Of a stretch of DNA of 40,494 nt, positions 1 through 8,277 are shown one piece after another. Position 1 is the stretch's first letter. The number at the start of each line of letters is the position of its first letter. The notes under the pieces were generated by a model. The model was given only the letters and a program-made list of their open reading frames with translations, ran no database searches and was not told the origin of the DNA. A program made the translations under genes and the position numbers. Source of the stretch: a virus (lineage: Duplodnaviria; Caudoviricetes). The stretch lies in the IMG/VR virus record IMGVR_UViG_3300049924_000315, positions 1 through 40,494 of that record, one strand, 5' to 3'.

Positions 1-20
1 GGCATCTGTGGAGGGACCCA

Positions 21-677
21 TCACTTTGTTGGCCGGTTGAAACGTTCGGTGTAGAACCTTGCCTCGCGTTCGAACACCTCGGGGAATTTCGCTTTCATCG
101 TCGCGACGACGACTGCGTTGATCCGTTTGGTGTTGAACATCTGGCTTACGTCGATGACTTGCACCGGCGCAATCTGCTCCCCGTGTTTGCCGCCCCACTT
201 GCGGCTGCCCGCCCTGGTGCCGGGCACGCGTTCGAACACCGTGCGCCCCTTGTTCCCGATGAAGGCGCCCTGCCCATACTTACCTTTGACCAGCTTCTTG
301 CCGCTGGTCTTCTTGAACTTCGCAAACAGCGCGCCCAGCGTGCCGTCCTTGCGCCGCTTCCGCGCCTGCGCCAGGCTGACACTGTTCTCGATGAACGCGA
401 TGATGTTTGCCGAGCGCTTGCGGTCAGACCCACCGCGCAGGCTGCCCTCGATCGAGAACAACCCGCCCTTCTTGCTGGCCCGCACTACGCGCAATCGATC
501 GCGCACATATGCGGCCTTGACGTTGAACTCAGCCGTGATGCCCCGGACCATCGCCGTCTTGGCTTGGTCGAGTGTCTTGTTGATCGCACTCGTCAACGCC
601 GCACCGCGCACCCCCTCCTGCAATTCGCTCAGCTTGCGCGCCACATCCGGGAAATTTGTCGTCACGTTGATCTGCAT
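21..677 (-). CDS. Minor tail protein Z-like (tail completion) protein
   Basis: 218 aa basic ORF whose N-terminus (ALTSAINKTLDQAKTAMVRGITAEFNVKAAYVRDRL) resembles the GpZ family; position upstream of terS on the circle. Confidence 0.65.
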   Translation of the reverse strand: MQINVTTNFPDVARKLSELQEGVRGAALTSAINKTLDQAKTAMVRGITAEFNVKAAYVRDRLRVVRASKKGGLFSIEGSLRGGSDRKRSANIIAFIENSVSLAQARKRRKDGTLGALFAKFKKTSGKKLVKGKYGQGAFIGNKGRTVFERVPGTRAGSRKWGGKHGEQIAPVQVIDVSQMFNTKRINAVVVATMKAKFPEVFEREARFYTERFNRPTK

Positions 678-686
678 ATCGAACCC

Positions 687-2048
687 TCAGTCCATGCCCT
701 TGCTGCCACCCGACCCACGCGACGACACCTTGCGAAACGGGGTGTGCCCGTCCCAATCAGCGAACTGCTGATACTCCCCGCTGAACCATAGGTTGATCGA
801 GCCCGGCGCCCCATTGCGCTGCACGATTTCCAGCTGCGCATGGTGGCGCCAGTCTTCCGTGTGCTGGCCCAGCGGGTGAGCGAATTCGCGGTACAGCAGC
901 GCGATGATGTCGGCCGCCGCTTCAATCGCTCCGCTGTCGCGCAGATCCGTCATCACCGGTGGCCCGTGCCGCTTGTCGGCCTCACGACTCATTGCCGAAA
1001 GCAGAATCACCGCCACCTTGAATTCGCCCGCCAAAGCCTTCAGCCCGTTCGCGATGCGATCGAGCTCACTGTTGCGGTTGTCGCCCTCCCCGCTCATCAA
1101 CTGCAGAAAGTCGACGATCACCACATCGATCGTCGCCATGCGCTTGGCTGCCATCAACTTGCGGCGCACATCGCCCAGCGTCAACGCGCGCTGATCGTCG
1201 ATCACCATCGACATTGCCTTCATCCGCTCGATCGCATCGCTCATGCGCGACCAGTCGTCGGGCGTCATCTCCGCCGGCTGGCGCAACCGCGCCAGATTCA
1301 GCGACCCCATCGCCGCGGTGTTGCGCGCCACCAGCTCATTGGCCGGCATTTCCTGGCTGCACATCAGCACGCCGTAGCGCTGCGCCATGTTGCGCGCGAG
1401 GGTCAGAACCAACGCCGTCTTGCCCATCTTCGGACGCCCGCCGATCACCATCAACTCGCCCTCGCGCAGGCCACCGGCGAGGATCTTGTCGAGCGCCGAA
1501 AGCCCGGTCTGAATGCAACGCGTGCGCCCTTCCGCCTCATCCGACAGCCGCGCGACGAATTCGACAATCGCCGTTTGCAGCAGCACCGATTCGCGCGCCG
1601 CCGAACCGTCCGCCACCCGCGCCAGCGAAGTCATCGCGCCATCGATCTTTTGCGCCAGCGTGCGCTTCGGGTCCGGTGCCGCCACGCTCAGCGCCTGGCC
1701 AATCTGCATCAGCGCACGTTCGTTCGCCCGCTCGCGCACGATCTGTGCGTAAGTGCGAATGCCCGCCGAACTGGGCACTGAAGTGCAGAACGAGTTCAGC
1801 ACTGCCATGCCGTGGCCGCTGGCCTCGGCCACCGTGATCACGTCGGCCGTCTTGTGCGCCAGCACCAGGCCGCGGATCGCACCGTAGATCGACCGATGCA
1901 TGGGGTCGAAGAAGTCCTCCACGCGAAGCACTTCGGCAATGCGGTCGAGCGCCGAGTTGTCCAGCATCACCGCGCCCAACACCGCCTGTTCCGCCTCCAC
2001 GCTGTGGGGCGGCTCGGCCATGCGCTCCATCTCGTCTCGAGCACTCAC
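687..2048 (-). CDS. dnaB: Replicative DNA helicase, DnaB family
   Basis: PPHSVEAEQAVLGAVML N-terminus, Walker A GGRPKMGKT, VIVDFLQL, DLRDSGAIEAAAD. Start taken as GTG 2048, which overlaps the upstream stop (GTGA). Confidence 0.95.
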   Translation of the reverse strand: MSARDEMERMAEPPHSVEAEQAVLGAVMLDNSALDRIAEVLRVEDFFDPMHRSIYGAIRGLVLAHKTADVITVAEASGHGMAVLNSFCTSVPSSAGIRTYAQIVRERANERALMQIGQALSVAAPDPKRTLAQKIDGAMTSLARVADGSAARESVLLQTAIVEFVARLSDEAEGRTRCIQTGLSALDKILAGGLREGELMVIGGRPKMGKTALVLTLARNMAQRYGVLMCSQEMPANELVARNTAAMGSLNLARLRQPAEMTPDDWSRMSDAIERMKAMSMVIDDQRALTLGDVRRKLMAAKRMATIDVVIVDFLQLMSGEGDNRNSELDRIANGLKALAGEFKVAVILLSAMSREADKRHGPPVMTDLRDSGAIEAAADIIALLYREFAHPLGQHTEDWRHHAQLEIVQRNGAPGSINLWFSGEYQQFADWDGHTPFRKVSSRGSGGSKGMD

Positions 2049-2932
2049 GCCGCGCGCTCCATCCGATGCTGCGCCGGCTCGTTCGCCGCCGTGCACACCA
2101 TCTCGGCGACCCCAGCCTGCGCCATCCGCTCCTCAGCCGCGCGCGCCGCCTGCGCCTGCAGCCCCTGCGTCGACAGTTCCGCCGCCTGCCCCGGCTTGAT
2201 GAACCACAGCCGGTACCAGTTGCCCTCCACCGAGTTGCGCAGCGTCATCGGCCAGTCGCGCTGCATCTTCCCGGCCTCGCTGCGGCGCCGCTTGAAAAGC
2301 CACCAGTGCAGCGCCAGGATGTCCTCGCTGATGCCAACCTCAGCGCAGTACGCGAACAACGGGTCACCCTCGGGCACCGGCTTAACGCCCTGTTCGCGGC
2401 ATTGCGCCAACCACGCTTTCAGGGACACCAACGGCTTGCGAACACGTCCGACCGGAGATCGCTTGACGTCCGGTTCAGACGCTTCGTTGTTTGCATGAGA
2501 CACCCCATCCTCATCACCCCCTTCAGGGGGTAAGGGGGTATTAATGGACTCCTCCATGGAATACTCGTCTGACACAGCTGTGTCAGGGTACTTTGGCGAA
2601 TTTGTCAGGGTAGGGTGCCCTGACAATTTGTCGTGGTACCACTCCAGGTTGAGCACGTACTCGGTTGCCATGCCCTCGATTCGGCTGCCCCGTTTGCAGC
2701 TGCCGCCCAGGCCTTTGCTCACCGGGATGAGAAAACCAATCTGCCGCAGTTTGGCCATCTGCCGCGTGACGGTTCGTGGGCTGGCGCCGACATCGCTGGC
2801 CAGCCGCGCGATGCTGGGGCGGATCGAGCGGCCCTCGGGGTCGGCGTAGTCAGCCACGCACATTGCCAGCAGCTTCAGCGCCGCCGGTCCCTTGAATTCC
2901 TTCTTCACCACCGCGGTGGCTTGCCAGCTCAT
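2045..2932 (-). CDS. Phage replication initiator with N-terminal HTH
   Basis: LKLLAMCVADYADPEGRSIRPSIARLASDVGASPRTVTRQMAKL winged-HTH pattern; directly upstream of dnaB; internal repeat cluster. Confidence 0.8.
   Translation of the reverse strand: MSWQATAVVKKEFKGPAALKLLAMCVADYADPEGRSIRPSIARLASDVGASPRTVTRQMAKLRQIGFLIPVSKGLGGSCKRGSRIEGMATEYVLNLEWYHDKLSGHPTLTNSPKYPDTAVSDEYSMEESINTPLPPEGGDEDGVSHANNEASEPDVKRSPVGRVRKPLVSLKAWLAQCREQGVKPVPEGDPLFAYCAEVGISEDILALHWWLFKRRRSEAGKMQRDWPMTLRNSVEGNWYRLWFIKPGQAAELSTQGLQAQAARAAEERMAQAGVAEMVCTAANEPAQHRMERAA
2569..2633. repeat. Iteron-like cluster, putative replication origin
   Basis: Palindrome CTGACACAGCTGTGTCAG (2569-2586), TGTCAGGGTA at 2581 and 2603, inverted CCCTGACA at 2618, all inside the initiator gene as for lambda ori in O. 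Confidence 0.55.
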
Positions 2933-2941
2933 CGCAGCGCC

Positions 2942-3163
2942 TCAGTTTCGTGCATCGCTTTGCATCGCATTGTTTTCGGGGCAGGCCGGGCAGGCCACGC
3001 CTATGCTTTGCGCATGGCCGAAGCAATGCCGCTCCAGCACCAGGCGCACGTAGTCGCTCAGCGCCCGGTCATCACGCGCCGCCAGGCGCATCAACGCCTG
3101 TTCCAGCCGATCACTCACTCGCAACGCCGGCAGCGTGGCGGTGCATTTGTCGTTGTTGGCCAT
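2942..3163 (-). CDS. Small DNA-binding protein (ribbon-helix-helix-like) at the cII position
   Basis: 73 aa; LRVSDRLEQALMRLAARDDRALSDYVRLVLERH fits a strand-helix-helix pattern; lies between cro and the initiator. Confidence 0.6.
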   Translation of the reverse strand: MANNDKCTATLPALRVSDRLEQALMRLAARDDRALSDYVRLVLERHCFGHAQSIGVACPACPENNAMQSDARN

Positions 3164-3479
3164 CGTCGGGCCCTCCCGTCAAAACCAGAACCGCAAAAAA
3201 AATCGCGCCTCTGGCCGCGGGGCCGAAGGCGCGGCAACTCACCCGCAGGGGCGAGAGGAGAACAGGGTTTTCACTTGTCGCGCGTGTGGGGAAGCGCACA
3301 GACCCACAGTCGCACTGCGGCGCAGAATGAGGCGCCGCGAATCTGCGCCGGTTGCAGTCACACCGCGCAAAAAAAAGACGCCCTGTCCGGGCCGCAGGCG
3401 CGCGCGCAAGCAGGGTGGCAGCCCCACGCCGTGGCACGATTCGCGTAGCACCACTTCACGCTTCACAGCGGGGGCCACC

Positions 3480-3755
3480 ATGGAAACCAAACTGCCACCA
3501 CACCTTGTGGTGATCGAGCACGAACTGAGCGGCGTCACGATTCAGAGCCCTGTGGGTCTGATTCGCGGCTACCAGCTTCGCTATCTGACACAAGGTCCGC
3601 CGGACCCGCAGAATGCGCCGACTCCGCCGCAATGGTCTGTTCGATACTTTCTGACCGAGCGAGCCCTGGAGGATCTGGTTCGCACCACAGAACAGCACAT
3701 GCGCGAAGAAGGTCATCTGGCCGTCCGAGCACCGCCCGGAACGTCGGTCCAGTAA
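3480..3755 (+). CDS. Hypothetical protein, antisense moron-like gene between cro and the cII-position gene
   Basis: 91 aa from ATG 3480 (METKLPPH...); protein-like composition; opposite strand to its neighbours. Confidence 0.55.
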   Translation: METKLPPHLVVIEHELSGVTIQSPVGLIRGYQLRYLTQGPPDPQNAPTPPQWSVRYFLTERALEDLVRTTEQHMREEGHLAVRAPPGTSVQ

Positions 3756-3787
3756 AGCAGACGAAGGGCGAACACTCCACCGGCCCG

Positions 3788-4081
3788 TCACGCCGCATCG
3801 CGCACCTCATCCAACGCCCCGGGTTGGGTGACGGTTTCGGGCACCTCGGGCGCGCCATCGACGCCGATCAGCTCGGGCCAGATGCGGTGCCAGTCGTTTG
3901 GGAACAGATCCCAACGCCGGTACTGCGTCTTGGCCTCAATGGGCACCACCAACAGCACCAGCTTGTCTCGCGGTATGCGGTGGCCCCGCCACTCGTGCAC
4001 CGAAGGCGGTTTCACGCCCGTCAGCCGTGCCACCGAGGTGGTGCCCCCCAACGCGTCGATGAGTTCCGAAGCTAAGTCCAT
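3788..4081 (-). CDS. Cro/YdaS-like HTH transcriptional regulator
   Basis: LIDALGGTTSVARLTGVKPPSVHEWR HTH and DLFPNDWHRIWPEL C-terminal motif; first gene after the PR-like promoter. Confidence 0.85.
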   Translation of the reverse strand: MDLASELIDALGGTTSVARLTGVKPPSVHEWRGHRIPRDKLVLLVVPIEAKTQYRRWDLFPNDWHRIWPELIGVDGAPEVPETVTQPGALDEVRDAA

Positions 4082-4087
4082 AACCGG

Positions 4088-4116
4088 ATGTTAGGGATGC
4101 CTTTTTGTTTTGTCAA
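4088..4116 (-). promoter_or_regulatory. PR-like sigma70 promoter
   Basis: Minus strand reads TTGACA-17 bp-TAACAT; the -10 box ends 6 bp before the cro ATG. Confidence 0.8.
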
Positions 4117-4196
4117 GGGATGCCTAAACGGGTAAGAAAACACAGATCACAAAATACTTAGGATTCCCTATTGACAATCGCAGCAAGGATCGCCTA
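4092..4196. promoter_or_regulatory. Four operator palindromes WAGG-N4-CCTW
   Basis: TAGGGATGCCTT 4092-4103, AAGGGATGCCTA 4115-4126, TAGGATTCCCTA 4159-4170 and AAGGATCGCCTA 4185-4196, overlapping or abutting both promoters. Confidence 0.8.
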
Positions 4197-4200
4197 AGAT
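4171..4200 (+). promoter_or_regulatory. PL-like sigma70 promoter for the early accessory operon
   Basis: TTGACA-18 bp-TAAGAT upstream of a long run of plus-strand genes. Confidence 0.8.
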
Positions 4201-4237
4201 TATTTCATTGCATCCCCCGGATGCGCACGGAGCGAAG

Positions 4238-4636
4238 ATGCAACCCACCGCACCCAGTTTCCCCGCCGGCCCCGCGCCGATCGACAGCGAATTCGCGCTT
4301 GCCGCGTCCGCCGCGCGCAGCAGCCTCTACTGGCGCGGGCTGGCCCGCAGCATTCGCGCCGGCATGACGGTGTACAACACCACCGCCCGGCGCTGCGACG
4401 ACATCGCCCGCAGCCATGAACGCGAGGTAACGCTCGCCGCGCGGCGCGCTGAACTCTCGGGCGCCGATGCGCTCGACGTCCAGACGTCCGAAACCGCGCC
4501 GCACTTCACCCCGCCCGGCGCCTACCCGTTCGCCAGCACCGCCGCGCAGGCCAGCGCCCGCGCCGCGATGGAACACGCCGCGCGGCACGGCCGCCTGGCC
4601 GCCCTGCCCGCGTGCTTTGCCGCAGGTGCCGCATGA
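4238..4636 (+). CDS. Hypothetical early protein
   Basis: GGAG RBS before ATG 4238; stop overlaps the next ATG (ATGA). Confidence 0.6.
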   Translation: MQPTAPSFPAGPAPIDSEFALAASAARSSLYWRGLARSIRAGMTVYNTTARRCDDIARSHEREVTLAARRAELSGADALDVQTSETAPHFTPPGAYPFASTAAQASARAAMEHAARHGRLAALPACFAAGAA

Positions 4637-5004
4637 GCGCCAGCTACAGCACCGACACCGCCCGCACCGCCGTGTGGGTGTCGCCCAAGCCGCCTTTGCC
4701 CGCGCCGCCCAAGGCCGACAACCGCCGCGCCCGCCGCCCGGGCCGGCCGCGCAAGCTGCCCATGGTGGCCATGCGCGTCGTCGGCATGCGCGGCGAGCAC
4801 TACTCACCGTGGCAGGGCATCTACAGCAGCGCCACCACCGACCTGGGGCAACTGGGCGAAGCGCTCTGGTACCGCATGCGCGACACCACGCGCTGGAGCC
4901 ACGCCGCTTGCTGGCGCGTCACCACCGACGTGTGCGGCCAGCACATCCACCTGTACGCCGTCGTCGACGACTTCGGCACCCTCATCGCCGTTTCAGGAGC
5001 CTGA
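4633..5004 (+). CDS. Hypothetical early protein
   Basis: Translationally coupled ORF with GC3-rich codons. Confidence 0.65.
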   Translation: MSASYSTDTARTAVWVSPKPPLPAPPKADNRRARRPGRPRKLPMVAMRVVGMRGEHYSPWQGIYSSATTDLGQLGEALWYRMRDTTRWSHAACWRVTTDVCGQHIHLYAVVDDFGTLIAVSGA

Positions 5005-5007
5005 GCC

Positions 5008-5283
5008 ATGCGCAATAACCCCGCAACGCTTTACCCCGTCACCAGCCTGATCGCCCAGCGCATCAGCGACTCGTTGATGATCCCGCCACTGCACGCCGCC
5101 ATTGCCGGCCTTGAGGTGACCGAATTGGCGCCCGAAGACGGGGCGATGCAGTGGCACCTGTGCATCCAGTTGCGCGAAGCCGGCTTCGGCGAAACCAGCC
5201 CGGCCGAATTGACGGATGCCGACGACCCCTTCACCGTCACCGCCCCCGCGCCGCTGCTTGACCTGGCGATGCGGGGCATCTGA
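5008..5283 (+). CDS. Hypothetical early protein
   Basis: AGGAG RBS; 91 aa; tightly packed in the operon. Confidence 0.65.
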   Translation: MRNNPATLYPVTSLIAQRISDSLMIPPLHAAIAGLEVTELAPEDGAMQWHLCIQLREAGFGETSPAELTDADDPFTVTAPAPLLDLAMRGI

Positions 5284-5285
5284 GC

Positions 5286-5885
5286 ATGGCCCGCATGAAC
5301 GGCCACGGCTTTCCGCCGCTCACCGGCAAAGCCACCAGCGACACCAGCGCCAGCGCCGACGGGTGTGGCACGAGCAGCAGCACGGTCAGCAGCCCAGGCA
5401 GCACCGTGCACTACCTGCGCCGCGCCCGGCCAGCCCCCGTGCAGTTCCCAGCCCTGCCCCCAGGCTGGCCCGACGCACCTGCCTACATGGCCGACCAGGC
5501 GGCCGAGGAAGCTGCAGAGCGCGCCGCAAACCTCGCCATCGATGGACTGGTCGCACGCGCCCAGCACATCAACGGCCTGGCCCAGCAGGCAGAGCAAGAC
5601 GATCACGACGCCTGCCTGCGCCGCACCCGCGAGGTGTACACCCGCGCCGCCGAAGACGCCGCCGCCGCTCAGGCCGTCGCCTCGCGCTGCCCACCGTGCA
5701 GCGGCGACTGTCGCCAGGGCCGCGAATGCCCGGTCACCTGGGCCGCGCGCCGCCGCGCGTGGCTCGCTGCCGGCGAACCCATCGAGCGCCGCCACCCGTG
5801 GCTGTGGCTCGTCTACGTCGCCGTCGCCGTCGCGCTCGGCGCGATCGCAATCAGCCTGCGCTGGCCGCTGGGGTGGGCGTCATGA
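5286..5885 (+). CDS. Hypothetical protein with a Cys motif and C-terminal TM helix
   Basis: CPPCSGDCRQGRECP motif; hydrophobic WLWLVYVAVAVALGAIAISL segment. Confidence 0.65.
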   Translation: MARMNGHGFPPLTGKATSDTSASADGCGTSSSTVSSPGSTVHYLRRARPAPVQFPALPPGWPDAPAYMADQAAEEAAERAANLAIDGLVARAQHINGLAQQAEQDDHDACLRRTREVYTRAAEDAAAAQAVASRCPPCSGDCRQGRECPVTWAARRRAWLAAGEPIERRHPWLWLVYVAVAVALGAIAISLRWPLGWAS

Positions 5886-6016
5886 TCATCGCCTGGCGCC
5901 TCTACCGCTTCCACCGCCGCAGCGGCATGCCGGCCGCCGCCGCCATGCGCCGCGCCGCCACCACTGTGTGGCGCGACTTCCGCCGCGCGCCCTACCACTG
6001 GACGCCTCTGGCATGA
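5882..6016 (+). CDS. Small basic hypothetical protein
   Basis: 44 aa (MIIAWRLYRFHRRSGM...) coupled by ATGA overlap. Confidence 0.5.
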   Translation: MIIAWRLYRFHRRSGMPAAAAMRRAATTVWRDFRRAPYHWTPLA

Positions 6017-6040
6017 CGGGCGCAGCATGACTGGCACACC

Positions 6041-6439
6041 ATGAGCGCCGTGCGCATCAGCGGCCCGCTCGCCCGCGACGCCGTATGCCGCAAGAGCGCC
6101 GCCGACCGGCCCGAGAACGTGCTGTCGTGGCTGTGCGTCGAAGTGGCGCAGCCCGATGACGGCCTGCATTGCCACGCCGCGTGGCTGCTCGGCGCCGGCC
6201 CAGCCGCTGCGATTGCTGGCGACGTCAATGCCCGGCAACTGCGCCGCGGCGCGCGCGTCGTGGTGCACGCCGCCGGCTGGCACATCAGCTATACGCCCAG
6301 CCCGCACCTGGTGCTGCGCGAAGTCGACTTCATCGAGCACCCGGCGGCGCCGGCCTACCACGAGCCGCGCGCGCCGCAGCACCACGCCCCGCACGGGCCC
6401 GCCGCCGTTTTCCCCAACCCTATGGAGCCCAGGCCATGA
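6041..6439 (+). CDS. Possible divergent OB-fold ssDNA-binding-like protein
   Basis: VRISGPLARDAVCR...QLRRGARVVV echoes SSB motifs (V-x-L-x-G-x-L-x-x-D and L-x-K-G-x-x-V-x-V); weak similarity. Confidence 0.4.
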   Translation: MSAVRISGPLARDAVCRKSAADRPENVLSWLCVEVAQPDDGLHCHAAWLLGAGPAAAIAGDVNARQLRRGARVVVHAAGWHISYTPSPHLVLREVDFIEHPAAPAYHEPRAPQHHAPHGPAAVFPNPMEPRP

Positions 6440-6798
6440 ACCTCACCCATGACACCAGCCCCGCACCCACGCAGCCGCCCGCCATCACACCCCACATGGC
6501 CATGCGCCAGGGCTGCGACGCCGAACTCGCCGCCATCAGCCAGCGCATCGCCGACGAGCAGGTGATCGCCGAAATAGAGAGCGTGTGCCCGGCCTACATC
6601 CAGGGCGGCGACAAGTGGCTCGACACCCGCTTCATGACCGACCCGCGCGAACACAGCGGCGAAGTCATCGACATGAACACCGAAGTACTGGGCTACGCCG
6701 CACAGCGCGGCATCACCGCCGCCCACCCGTTGCAGCCCTATCTCGTGCGCATCTGCGTGCAAATGCGGCCAAAACGGCGCAACCAGCCCACGGTTTAA
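6436..6798 (+). CDS. Hypothetical protein
   Basis: GGAG RBS, ATGA coupling, 120 aa. Confidence 0.65.
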   Translation: MNLTHDTSPAPTQPPAITPHMAMRQGCDAELAAISQRIADEQVIAEIESVCPAYIQGGDKWLDTRFMTDPREHSGEVIDMNTEVLGYAAQRGITAAHPLQPYLVRICVQMRPKRRNQPTV

Positions 6799-6829
6799 CC
6801 AGCACCCACGTGCACCACCTCGCCACCCC

Positions 6830-7273
6830 ATGACCCGCAAGCGCTGCCACCGTCAACCCATCGCGCCCCGGTTGCCCCCAGGCCTGCGCCCAGGGCTGCG
6901 GCCCGACCAGGTGCGCGACCTGGCGCTCGTGCACGTCATCAACCTCGACATGATCGCCAAGGGCGAGGCCACCGAAAGCACCCTGTGGCAATGGGTGGGC
7001 GGCGTGCTCACCTGGAGCCGCGTGGCCGGGATGATGCACCTGGGCGAGGCAGAAATGGCACAACAGCTCGAGCTGTGCGGGCTGGTGCTTGAGCGCTACA
7101 ACAAGTCGGGCCGCGTTGGCTTCAGCGGCCCGGAATACCAACTCGCCAAGATCGGCGTCGCCGTCATGGACCAACTGGCCGAAACGGTCGACCGCGACAC
7201 CGCGCTCGCCGCAGCCGACTGGTCCGAACGCCGCGTCAACGCCCGCAGCCTGCCGGAGCGCGCCCATGCGTAG
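6830..7273 (+). CDS. Phage hypothetical protein
   Basis: 147 aa with a basic N-terminus and helical body; GC3-rich codons. Confidence 0.7.
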   Translation: MTRKRCHRQPIAPRLPPGLRPGLRPDQVRDLALVHVINLDMIAKGEATESTLWQWVGGVLTWSRVAGMMHLGEAEMAQQLELCGLVLERYNKSGRVGFSGPEYQLAKIGVAVMDQLAETVDRDTALAAADWSERRVNARSLPERAHA

Positions 7274-7511
7274 CGCCGTGATCCAACGCGCCGCGCTGGT
7301 CATCCTGTGCTGCGCCATCGCCGCATGCGGAGGCGGCAGCATCGACCCCTGCGCACGCTTACACGCCCGCGAGCAGATTCCCGAACAGCACTGCCCCGCG
7401 CCCACCGACCCTAGCGCGACAGCCGCCACGCACACAGCCGCGCCCAACACAGCGCACACGACAGCGCAAACGACAGCAAACCTGACCGAAACCGAAAGAC
7501 CCAACCCATGA
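7266..7511 (+). CDS. Putative lipoprotein
   Basis: Signal MRSAVIQRAALVILCCAIAA-C-GGGS with lipobox IAAC; Thr/Ala-rich tail. Confidence 0.6.
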   Translation: MRSAVIQRAALVILCCAIAACGGGSIDPCARLHAREQIPEQHCPAPTDPSATAATHTAAPNTAHTTAQTTANLTETERPNP

Positions 7512-7939
7512 TGGACATTGCAGATGAACTAGACCGCATTGGCAAGAGTGCGCCAACGGAAGTTTGGGACGACGTTCCGCCAAGTGACGCCACTCCTAAG
7601 AGTTTGTGGGCTGAGGTGCGACGGCTGCGCGCCGCCGTGGCCGCTGTTGGGGCTCGGCTCGAACTGGGGGTTGGGCGGCTGGACCCGGAGCGTGCCAGTG
7701 CGCGCGGGCTGACAGAGTGCCACGGCAATCCCCAGTGCGCGCGGTGCCGGCGCATGGCCGACATGGATGCACTTTGCGCACTGCTGCCGGAGGGCGTGCA
7801 CTGGGGCGACCCGCTGACACCGGAACTGCTGCGCGAACTGCTGGCAGGCACTGCGGCGAAGCTGCTGCCGCCACAGATACCGAACGAGTTTGGGCACTTG
7901 CTGACGCCAGGTGCGCTCTGGAAGATGTACGTTGAATGA
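7508..7939 (+). CDS. Hypothetical protein, apparent fusion reading through a half attC site
   Basis: 143 aa; the segment AVGARLELGVGRL is encoded by attC-derived DNA at ~7645-7680. Confidence 0.55.
   Translation: MMDIADELDRIGKSAPTEVWDDVPPSDATPKSLWAEVRRLRAAVAAVGARLELGVGRLDPERASARGLTECHGNPQCARCRRMADMDALCALLPEGVHWGDPLTPELLRELLAGTAAKLLPPQIPNEFGHLLTPGALWKMYVE
7640..7676 (-). other. Half attC site (R''-L'' arm only)
   Basis: Minus strand GCCCAAC-CCCCA-GTTCGAGC. Plus GTTGGGCGGCT (7670-7680) is the exact reverse complement of AGCCGCCCAAC (7952-7962). Confidence 0.6.
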
Positions 7940-7955
7940 TGTCCCGCCACGAGCC

Positions 7956-8058
7956 GCCCAACGCCAGGGTAACCGGACCCCAGCAGGCCGCGTAGGATTA
8001 GCCGAAGCGAGCCAAACTAGCCGACCTGTTGTGGGTCCGGTTGACCCGACAGTTGTGC
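7956..8058 (-). other. attC site (103 bp)
   Basis: Minus strand GCACAAC-TGTCG-GGTCAACC...GGTTACC-CTGGC-GTTGGGC, with one extra base in L''. Confidence 0.85.
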
Positions 8059-8082
8059 GGCACGGCAACGAAAGGAATGCAG

Positions 8083-8199
8083 ATGGCAACTTTGATTCAG
8101 CGACTGACGATCATGAACGACCAAGACGGCGCCAAGCACGCCGCTGAGAAGCATGCGCGGAATTTGCTGGCGGTTGTTTCGCCACCATGGGCGCGGTGA
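8083..8199 (+). CDS. 38 aa cassette ORF (not in the supplied track)
   Basis: AAGGA RBS; MATLIQRLTIMNDQDGAKHAAEKHARNLLAVVSPPWAR fills the space between two attC sites. Confidence 0.5.
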   Translation: MATLIQRLTIMNDQDGAKHAAEKHARNLLAVVSPPWAR

Positions 8200-8200
8200 G

Positions 8201-8259
8201 GCACAACTCCACTGTTCAGCCGCCCGCCGCTGGATGTCCACTTGACCGCCCAGTTGGGC
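8201..8259 (-). other. Hybrid or degenerate attC site (59 bp)
   Basis: R'' GCCCAAC and R' GTTGTGC are present, but L'' GGTCAAGT and L' GGCTGAAC do not pair well. Confidence 0.6.
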
Positions 8260-8277
8260 CTGTAGCCGGAGCGTGAC

